DNA of 64,000 nucleotides from Bacillota bacterium (GTDB lineage Bacteria > Bacillota_I > Bacilli_A > RFN20 > CAG-288). Positions 35,901-43,132 of this stretch are shown piece after piece (the first letter of the stretch is position 1; each line of letters begins with the position of its first letter). Where the stretch lies: contig DAISOU010000006.1 of NCBI GenBank assembly GCA_036830315.1, positions 1,212-65,211 on the forward strand, written 5' to 3'. A program made the translations under genes and the position numbers. Below the pieces are notes generated by a model. The model searched no databases and was not told the origin of the DNA. It worked only from the letters and a program-made list of their open reading frames with translations.

Positions 35901-37796
35901 ATGAAAAAACAGCTCACATTAGGTATTTTAGCTTTGTTATCGTTCGGTTTGGTTTCTTGTGCCAATAATACCCCTTCTTCTTCTGTTTCCAGTACTACAT
36001 CTCAGGAGCAGACATCTCAGCCAAGCTCAGTAAACAATGACGATCTTTCAATTACATATAGCGGTGATGCCAAAGTCGGTTCAAGCATAACCTTTGTTTC
36101 AAAGTTCCAGAATTCTCCTATTGTTGATCAGACTGCTGTTGTCTATACTGCTAATCCTGCTGATTCAATGACAATCACTGGCAACAAAGCTGACTTATTG
36201 AAGAGCGGCGATGTCACTGTCACAGCTACCTATACTAAGGACGGCACTACTTTGACTAAAACCTTAACTATCACTATTGAAGAGGGTGTTGTTATTTCTA
36301 CCATTGCTGAAGTTAAAACCAAGAAAGCTGGTGATGTTGTACTTATTCGCGGTGTTATAACTGCTTCTGCTGGAACTTCAGCCTATATCTCTGATGCAAC
36401 TGGCGGTATCTATATTTATAATTTCTCCTATGATAAAGATGATACGGCTATAAAGAACAAGAGATTCACTGTCGGTCAGAGTGTTGAAATGTGTTCGGTA
36501 GTCGCCTTCCATGGAGGTGCCATCCAGCTTTCTAACTACAGCGGCGGAAAAATCGCTAACACTTATGCTAAGACTATTGACACTGAAATCACTCCTAAGG
36601 CTCCGACTACTTTAAATGAAACCGGAATAGCTTCTTTAGATAAGGATTTAGGTGTTGGTGAATTATATTCTTTTGCTGCTACTTATGTCAGTGGTGCACC
36701 AGTAGCCAATGTAAGAGGAACTGTCAACTTCAATATTGGCTCTACCAAAGTTGCTATGGTTACCAATGGTTCAAGCTCAAAAATGTATGATCCTGATATT
36801 TCTGATTTGATTTCCACTTTCAATAGTCTTGATTTAAAGGCGGGTGATATGGTTACTATTACTTCTCCATATATGGGACAATATTACAACGTCAATCAGT
36901 TTGCTTATTATAGCAGTGGCACCAAAATGATTAAAAAAGCTCTTGCTATCTCTGCATCTGATAACCATTATGTCGGTCAGACTGTTACTTTAAGTGGTTC
37001 TTATGCAGGTGAAGCTGCTACTGGAACGACTTTTGCTATCACTGCCGGCTCCGATTTAGCCACTTTGACTGGCTCATCTTTGGCTATCACAGGCGCTGGT
37101 GATATCACTGTTGAAGGCACCTATGTCTTGGATAGTGTTACTTACAAGAAGTCTATAACTATCACTGCCAGGGATTTAAGTGCTGTTTCCACAGTCGCTG
37201 CTGCCAAAGCCCTTGAAGACGGCGAATATGTCACTGTCGAAGGCAAGATTGTCGCTGACAATGGAAAAACCAGTTTTGTTGTCGCTGACGCCACTGGCGG
37301 ATTCTTTGGCTTTGTCGCAGATCCTAACACTTCCGATACTGCCTTAACCAATAATAAAGTTGTGTCTGATTCAACTGTGAAAATCACTGGTGTTATTTCC
37401 ACTTATAATGGCGTTAAAGAAATCACCGTCAAACATTCAGAAGCCGGTACTATCCCTGCTGTAATTGCAACTACAGCTACTGAAGTCACTCCTTTGGCTA
37501 CCGAGAACTTAGCCGATGAAGCGGGCTTTAAAGCCAAGGCTTCTGCTGCTCTTGCTTTGACAAATGGCGGAAACATGTATTCTTTAACAGCAAAGTTCAA
37601 GTCTCTTAATAAAGCCACTGCTACTTTCACTATCGGAGCTACTGAGTTCTTTGTCTATTATCCGTCTGAAGCTGCAGCTACCGGCGCTAACTTAGTTGCT
37701 GATTCCAACTATAACATTGTTGGCGCTTATCAGATCTATAGTTCTAAGGTTGAATTTGTTCTGATGGTCAATGGCTGTTCAGTTGTTGCCGCCTAA
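35901..37796 (+). CDS. Surface lipoprotein with duplicated Ig-like (Big_2-like) plus OB-like modules
   Basis: Lipobox FGLVSC (Cys20). Two Big_2-like segments (ITYSGDAKVGSSITF...VTVTATYTKDGTTLTKTLTITI and ISASDNHYVGQTVTL...ITVEGTYVLDSVTYKKSITITA). Each is followed by an OB-like segment (VVLIRGVITASAGTSAYISDATGGIYIY...VVAFHGGAIQLS and YVTVEGKIVADNGKTSFVVADATGGFFGF...ITGVISTYNGVKEIT). Confidence 0.7.
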   Translation: MKKQLTLGILALLSFGLVSCANNTPSSSVSSTTSQEQTSQPSSVNNDDLSITYSGDAKVGSSITFVSKFQNSPIVDQTAVVYTANPADSMTITGNKADLLKSGDVTVTATYTKDGTTLTKTLTITIEEGVVISTIAEVKTKKAGDVVLIRGVITASAGTSAYISDATGGIYIYNFSYDKDDTAIKNKRFTVGQSVEMCSVVAFHGGAIQLSNYSGGKIANTYAKTIDTEITPKAPTTLNETGIASLDKDLGVGELYSFAATYVSGAPVANVRGTVNFNIGSTKVAMVTNGSSSKMYDPDISDLISTFNSLDLKAGDMVTITSPYMGQYYNVNQFAYYSSGTKMIKKALAISASDNHYVGQTVTLSGSYAGEAATGTTFAITAGSDLATLTGSSLAITGAGDITVEGTYVLDSVTYKKSITITARDLSAVSTVAAAKALEDGEYVTVEGKIVADNGKTSFVVADATGGFFGFVADPNTSDTALTNNKVVSDSTVKITGVISTYNGVKEITVKHSEAGTIPAVIATTATEVTPLATENLADEAGFKAKASAALALTNGGNMYSLTAKFKSLNKATATFTIGATEFFVYYPSEAAATGANLVADSNYNIVGAYQIYSSKVEFVLMVNGCSVVAA

Positions 37797-37897
37797 TATC
37801 AGTAATACAATTAAGCTAGTTTAAATCGGACAGACTTATTTATTAACTTGACTATTAACCCGAAAACAACAATAATAGATAAGCTTGTCTGGTTTAT

Positions 37898-37988
37898 GGA
37901 GCAATACCCAAGTTGGTGAAGGGGCGTCCCTGCTAAGGACGTAGTAGGAGTAATCCTAGCGAGAGTTCAAGTCTCTCTTGCTCCGCCA
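37898..37988 (+). tRNA. tRNA-Ser (anticodon GCU), class II with a long variable arm and an encoded CCA
   Basis: Acceptor GGAGCAA/TTGCTCC. Anticodon stem CGTCC/GGACG with loop CTGCTAA. Variable arm TAGGA-GTAA-TCCTA. T arm GAGAG-TTCAAGT-CTCTC. Discriminator G plus CCA. Confidence 0.93.
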
Positions 37989-38001
37989 TGTAGTTTGTAT
38001 G

Positions 38002-38033
38002 CGAACACCTGAAAAGGTGTTCGTTTTTATTTG
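38002..38033 (+). terminator. Rho-independent terminator after tRNA-Ser
   Basis: CGAACACC-TGAAAA-GGTGTTCG followed by TTTTTATTT. Confidence 0.8.
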
Positions 38034-38257
38034 TGCGGTCTGAAAAATGTTGATTAACGTGTAGGTTAGTGTAGGTAAAAAATGTCCATCTCTTCAAAGA
38101 AAAAGTCGAGTCCTTCTTAAAACGTCCTCTATAAGGCGTGAATTAAGTCTGATGCCTTGGTTTTTCTGTGGTGAGTCGAGACCCGCCAGAGGCGGATTTT
38201 GGCGGTGATATAGAACTTCTTGTAGGGGTAAGTCTTAGCAAGGTTTTGTTTTAACCC

Positions 38258-38285
38258 AAATGAAAAGACAGGGGCAAGGCCCCTG
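38258..38285 (-). terminator. Terminator of the AraC-family gene
   Basis: CAGGGGC-N3-GCCCCTG stem. On the minus strand it is followed by TCTTTTCATTT. Confidence 0.65.
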
Positions 38286-38316
38286 CCTTTGTCGATTAAG
38301 AGACTCTGCTTACAGG

Positions 38317-39195
38317 CTATTTGTTCTTTATCGGAATCCAGATAAAGGAAACATCATCTTTTGAGCCATTGTTTTTCATCGCATAACATTCGATTGTCAT
38401 AGGATCGGCGATATCATAGTCAGGATTGCCGGGAATCCATTCTTCGAATATTTTAGTGTTCACAGACTGAAGAGCCTCAGGAAGGGGTCCTACGCACTTA
38501 AATTTGGCCCATTTCGAGGCTTTGATCTTATAGATCTTCATTCCTTCAGGTATCTTACCGCCTTTATAGGGACCGGCGATGATGTATTTGAAGTCAGTGG
38601 TGTTATTGTTGTCGGCCAGACAGACGCCGTACATGCCGATACTGTTTTCTCTGATGGCTTTGTCTACTTCTGTCTCGTTTCCCTTGTTTTCACAATGCTT
38701 GGTTATAAATTCTTTCCAGAACAGAGGAATAGTCTTATAGCTGTTTTCAAACTTGGCTGTCTTTTCATATCCGATTATGGAAAACTCCTTCATCTCTTCT
38801 ACGATGTAATCCATTTGATTACCTCCTTTGATACTGATTGAGACCTGTAAAGGAAGGAAGATCTTTATCTTTGATGGTTCTTTTCTTAGGTCGTGAGGTG
38901 AAAGAGAATGAAAACGTGTGAAGGCTTTAGTAAAGCTTTCTGGTGTCTCATAACCATATTTATAGGCGATATCAATGATCTTATCCTTTCCTTTGATGAC
39001 ATCAAAAGCCGAAAGACAGAGGCGTCTGTTTCTGACGTATTCGCCAAGTGTATAACCGGTTAAGATGGCAAATCCTTTCTGCAGATAAAAAGGGGAGACA
39101 CCGTTCTTTCTGCAGATGACAGAAAGATCGATGTCAGAAGTCAGATTAGACTCGATGTATTCGACAGTGCCTTTGATTGTAGCAAGCCAATCCAT
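38317..39195 (-). CDS. AraC-family transcriptional regulator with a GyrI-like effector-binding domain
   Basis: N-terminal AraC double HTH (VSPFYLQKGFAILTGYTLGEYVRNRRL...IAYKYGYETPESFTKAFTRFHSLSP). The C-terminal ~160 aa are GyrI-like (MDYIVEEMKEFSIIGYEK...WIPIK). Confidence 0.85.
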   Translation of the reverse strand: MDWLATIKGTVEYIESNLTSDIDLSVICRKNGVSPFYLQKGFAILTGYTLGEYVRNRRLCLSAFDVIKGKDKIIDIAYKYGYETPESFTKAFTRFHSLSPHDLRKEPSKIKIFLPLQVSISIKGGNQMDYIVEEMKEFSIIGYEKTAKFENSYKTIPLFWKEFITKHCENKGNETEVDKAIRENSIGMYGVCLADNNNTTDFKYIIAGPYKGGKIPEGMKIYKIKASKWAKFKCVGPLPEALQSVNTKIFEEWIPGNPDYDIADPMTIECYAMKNNGSKDDVSFIWIPIKNK

Positions 39196-39527
39196 TACCC
39201 TTCTTCCTCTCTTGATGACAAGGATATTGTAGTTTCATAGATAGTGATATTCCTGTCATTATTTGCTGTCTTTTGTCTTTTTTGATTATAACATGCTAAA
39301 TGATTTCTTTCTTGAAAGATATTGGTCTTTAAAACGATTGAAAAAACGGCATATATTCAGTTTTTAAGCTGATTTTTCTGTAAAACCCCTTTCCAGCTTA
39401 CATTTTTGTTCAAAAAATGGTATACTAATGCAGATAAGACGAGCAACTGTTGACTTCAATTTATAACGGTTAACCCGCTTAGAACTAAGCCGAGTATTTT
39501 TTTGTCGGACAGAAAGGAGGCGCTGCC

Positions 39528-40028
39528 ATGAATATCAATGATAAAGTGATTGACAGAAACGGTCGTATCTTTAAGATTGAGAGCCTTGTCAATAAGGATT
39601 TCGGTAATGGTCCTACCCCCTATTTTGTCTTGTGCCCGATGTTTTCATATGATTTCAATCCTGGCTATCGCTGCTTTGTCCCTTCTGACAAAGCTGACAA
39701 TATTCTTCGCCCTATCATGAACCGCGAAGAAGCCTTGGAACTTATCGACTCCTTAGAATCATTGGAATCGTTCAGCAATGTCAATCCCCGTGAAAGAAAA
39801 GTCTATTTCCAGAATGTTGTCTCCAAAGGCAACAGAAGTGAGATTTGCCGTGTCATCAAGACTTTGACTGAATATCGCGAAGAGAGAAAGAAAGAGAACA
39901 AACCCTTCTCTGATTTCGATCAAAGACTGTTGGCCAGTCTCCAGGCTTTGTTTGATGACGAAATTTCTTTGGCTCTCAACATTCCCACCAAAGACGTTAA
40001 CTCGTTTATTAAGAACCGTGTCAATTGA
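39528..40028 (+). CDS. CarD/CdnL-family RNA-polymerase-binding regulator-like protein
   Basis: The N-terminal Tudor-like segment INDKVIDRNGRIFKIESLVNKDFGNGPTPYFVLCP...VPSDKADNILRPIMNREEALELID, plus a helical C-terminus, matches the CarD_CdnL_TRCF pattern. RBS AAAGGAGG. Confidence 0.7.
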   Translation: MNINDKVIDRNGRIFKIESLVNKDFGNGPTPYFVLCPMFSYDFNPGYRCFVPSDKADNILRPIMNREEALELIDSLESLESFSNVNPRERKVYFQNVVSKGNRSEICRVIKTLTEYREERKKENKPFSDFDQRLLASLQALFDDEISLALNIPTKDVNSFIKNRVN

Positions 40029-40051
40029 ACAGAAAATAGTTGCAGACAAAA

Positions 40052-40087
40052 ATAAAAAACCGTCACTTCTGATTTGTGACGGTTTTT
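40052..40087. terminator. Bidirectional terminator between convergent genes
   Basis: AAAAAACCGTCAC-N9-GTGACGGTTTTT, with A-run and T-run flanks on the two sides. Confidence 0.75.
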
Positions 40088-40103
40088 ACATATTTTCTCT
40101 GTT

Positions 40104-40472
40104 TTACTTATCGAAGGTATCAACTAAGAAATTTACGGCATCAGCAATCTGTTTCTTGTGATCTTCATCAAGGTTTTTGATGGCATCGTTGATACTGATA
40201 AGATGTTTGTCAATCTGCATCTGGGTGATATAGTCATTGACGTTGCTTTCAGTATCGCTTCCATCGGAGTCTTTTGATCTTTTTCCGACCAAGAAGTCGA
40301 TAGATACGTGGAAAACATTCGCGAGTTTAATCAAAGTATTGATATTTGGTTCAATACGTCCGATTTCATAATCCGAAATGTTGTACTGCTTGATCTTCAG
40401 CTTTGCGGCTAATTCAGCCTGAGTCAGACCGGCCTTTCTTCTCAGAAAACGTAAGTTCTCTTTTAGTTTCAT
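40104..40472 (-). CDS. XRE-family HTH transcriptional regulator
   Basis: LRFLRRKAGLTQAELAAKLKIKQYNISDYEIGRIEPNINTLIKLANVFHVSIDFLVG. Confidence 0.85.
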   Translation of the reverse strand: MKLKENLRFLRRKAGLTQAELAAKLKIKQYNISDYEIGRIEPNINTLIKLANVFHVSIDFLVGKRSKDSDGSDTESNVNDYITQMQIDKHLISINDAIKNLDEDHKKQIADAVNFLVDTFDK

Positions 40473-40679
40473 GTTTTTTCCTCCTTCTTTACATGCCCCG
40501 ATGTCTAATAGATATTATAATGTGTTTAGCAATAAAAGTAGTCTAAAATGTGCAAAAATATGCAATTTATGTTCAAAGTATAGTAATTGTCCTTACTTTC
40601 CTTTAAATAACATTGAAAATGCTAAAAACAAAATATATGTATTTGCTTTTTTTATTGCGAATAGACTATTCTATTACGT

Positions 40680-41528
40680 ATGTCAGAAATCAACGAAATT
40701 AACTGGTTTCCGGGCCATATGAAGAAGGCTATCGGAAAAATACAGGAAAAAATCAAGCAATGTGACGGCGTTATTGAGATTGGTGATGCGAGAGCTCCTT
40801 TCTCTTCTTTTCCTGATTATCTTGATCGGATTACCGAAGGAAAAGTAAAAGTGCTGGTTTTTTCCAAATCAGATCTGGCTGACCCTTCTTTGTTTAGAAA
40901 ACAGCTTGATACTTATAAGGAAAAAGGATTTGAACCTTTTGCTTTTGATCTTCGCAGTTCCAAAGCCAGTAAGCCTATGATCAACTATCTTTCGACTTTG
41001 AAAACCAAGGCTGATGAAAGGTATCAGCGCCTTGGTTTTCCTCTTCCTCCTAAAAGGTTCATCGTCTTAGGCATTCCTAATGTCGGCAAGTCGACTTTTA
41101 TCAATTGTCTGGCCGGCAAAAAGAAGGCAGAAGTCGAGAACAGGCCTGGTAAGACCAGAGCCGAGCCTCTGATTCACGTTTCCGACAAACTGTTCATCTT
41201 TGATGCTCCTGGTATTCTTGAACCTAATTATGAAGATAAGACTGAGATTGCCAAGCTTGCTGTCTTAGGTTCTGTCAAGACTGAGATTCTTCCTATTGTT
41301 GCCTTGACTGATTTTATGATGGATTATCTAAAGAGTCATTATCCCGATAATGTAAAGAACCGTTATAACGTTTCTCTTGAAGGAAATGATGCTGAGATAT
41401 TTAAGGATATTGCTTCTAAAAGAGGTTTCCTTTCTAATGGCGGCACACCTGACTCTGACAGAGCCAGACTGATGGTTCTGAAAGAACTTCGAGCCGGTGA
41501 ACTTGGAAGGATTACTCTGGATGAGTAG
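40680..41528 (+). CDS. rbgA: Ribosome biogenesis GTPase A (YlqF)
   Basis: INWFPGHMKKA, the circularly permuted GTPase order (SKSD before GIPNVGKST), and DAPGIL. Confidence 0.9.
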   Translation: MSEINEINWFPGHMKKAIGKIQEKIKQCDGVIEIGDARAPFSSFPDYLDRITEGKVKVLVFSKSDLADPSLFRKQLDTYKEKGFEPFAFDLRSSKASKPMINYLSTLKTKADERYQRLGFPLPPKRFIVLGIPNVGKSTFINCLAGKKKAEVENRPGKTRAEPLIHVSDKLFIFDAPGILEPNYEDKTEIAKLAVLGSVKTEILPIVALTDFMMDYLKSHYPDNVKNRYNVSLEGNDAEIFKDIASKRGFLSNGGTPDSDRARLMVLKELRAGELGRITLDE

Positions 41529-42165
41529 CTCTCTTTTCGACTTTGATCAAAAGCAGCGCCAGTTAAATAACGTCATTGAGATAGCCGGTTTTGATGAGGC
41601 GGGACGTGGTCCATTGGCCGGTCCTGTAAGCTGTGCCGGTGTTGTTCTTCCTCCCTCTTATCACAATGACATGATCAACGATTCCAAGAAACTGACCGAC
41701 AAAGAAAGAAGAGAACTTTTTATCGATATTAAAAAAGTTGCTCTTTCTTATTTTGTCCTATTAGTACCAGTAGAAACGATAGACTCTATCAATATTTTAG
41801 AGGCTGACAGATTAGGAATGGAGTCTTGTCTTTGTGAGATTGAAAAGAAAATAAAGGTTGATTTCATCATCACTGATTATATGAGCCTTCATACGAAGAC
41901 TCCTCTTCTTTCGATTCCTAAGGGGGATGCCACTTCTATTTCAGTTGCCGCCGCTTCGATTCTTGCCAAGGTCACCCGTGATGACTATATGATCGAATTG
42001 GATAAGAAGTATCCTCAATATGGCTTTGCTAAGAATAAGGGCTATGGAACTAAAAAACACTTAGAGGCTTTAAAAGAATTCGGATATGTCAAAGGTGTTC
42101 ACCGACTCAGTTTTGAGCCTGTCAAAAGCATGTATCTTGGCATTGAACAGCTGATTCTTTTTTAG
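41521..42165 (+). CDS. rnhB: Ribonuclease HII
   Basis: AGFDEAGRGPLAGPV and DSKKLT. The ATG at 41521 overlaps the rbgA stop. The rbgA-rnhB order matches Bacillus. Confidence 0.92.
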   Translation: MSSSLFDFDQKQRQLNNVIEIAGFDEAGRGPLAGPVSCAGVVLPPSYHNDMINDSKKLTDKERRELFIDIKKVALSYFVLLVPVETIDSINILEADRLGMESCLCEIEKKIKVDFIITDYMSLHTKTPLLSIPKGDATSISVAAASILAKVTRDDYMIELDKKYPQYGFAKNKGYGTKKHLEALKEFGYVKGVHRLSFEPVKSMYLGIEQLILF

Positions 42166-42220
42166 AGAATTCTGAATAAAACCCTCTTCCGGCCTAATAA
42201 CAGGTAGGGAGGGTGTTTAA

Positions 42221-43024
42221 ATGAACATCAAAGCGCGTGAGCTTCTTTTGACATTGTCGGTCAGGTTTCATGGAGACTGGAAGGAGATTTATTCGGCCAT
42301 CAAGAGAAAAGAACCTGTTGATGACAAAGATATAAAACAGGCGTTTGATCAGACTAAATCCAAGTTCATCTCTCTTTTGGATGACGAATATCCGGTCTTC
42401 TTCAAAAATGCCTCCAATCCTCCCTTTATTGTCTACTATTACGGTAACCTGTCTCTTTTGGAAAAAAAGTATCGTCTCGGAGTCATCGGAACCAGAAATC
42501 CGACTCTTTATCAAAACGACACGGTTTATCGTCTTATTTCAGAAACCGAAGACAAAATGAAGAACGATTTAGTTTTAGTCTCAGGGATGGCTCGCGGCTT
42601 AGATCAGACGGCGATGGAAGCCGCTCTTAGCAAGAAAGCCCCGGTTATATCCATCATCGGTTCTGGTATCGACAATCCCTATCCGGAATTCAACAAGGGG
42701 ATTTACGACTACTGCAAGACAGAAAACGGATTGGTTCTATCTGAATATCCGGGAATGGAAGCAGCTAAGCCGGATAATTTCGTATTCAGAAACAGACTGT
42801 TGGCTATGGTATCAGAAGTCATTTTTGTCGGAGGAGGCAAAAATCGTTCCGGTACCTCATCGACTGTCAGACAGGCTTTGGATCTCAACCGGGAAATCAT
42901 GGCTCTGCCCTGTGATATCACCGGCGATGATCTCACTAATTCTCTGATAAATGATGGCGCCGGATCAGTTTTGACATCTGATGATTTGGTGATGGCTCTG
43001 AAAAACAGGATGAACATTTTGTAG
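42221..43024 (+). CDS. dprA: DNA-processing protein DprA (short form, Rossmann core only)
   Basis: GTRNPTLYQ, SGMARGLDQTAMEAAL, GSGIDNPYP, FVFRNRLLA and RSGTSSTVRQALDLNREI. Confidence 0.85.
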   Translation: MNIKARELLLTLSVRFHGDWKEIYSAIKRKEPVDDKDIKQAFDQTKSKFISLLDDEYPVFFKNASNPPFIVYYYGNLSLLEKKYRLGVIGTRNPTLYQNDTVYRLISETEDKMKNDLVLVSGMARGLDQTAMEAALSKKAPVISIIGSGIDNPYPEFNKGIYDYCKTENGLVLSEYPGMEAAKPDNFVFRNRLLAMVSEVIFVGGGKNRSGTSSTVRQALDLNREIMALPCDITGDDLTNSLINDGAGSVLTSDDLVMALKNRMNIL

Positions 43025-43077
43025 CTATATATATTGATAAATATTCCCTTAGCATAGCTAAGGGGAAAAAAAGGGGC

Positions 43078-43106
43078 TTGACAAAACCCCCAAGTGTTTT
43101 AATAAT
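43078..43106 (+). promoter_or_regulatory. Candidate topA promoter
   Basis: TTGACA (43078-43083), 17-nt spacer, AATAAT (43101-43106). Confidence 0.5.
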
Positions 43107-43132
43107 ATGTTGCTAATTTGAGGAGTGTGCAC

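Noticed and set aside
37989-40700. Intact integrative element at tRNA-Ser.
   Set aside because: There is no integrase or excisionase gene, and I could find no duplicated copy of the tRNA 3' end by eye. It is retained only as a low-confidence remnant hypothesis in the findings.
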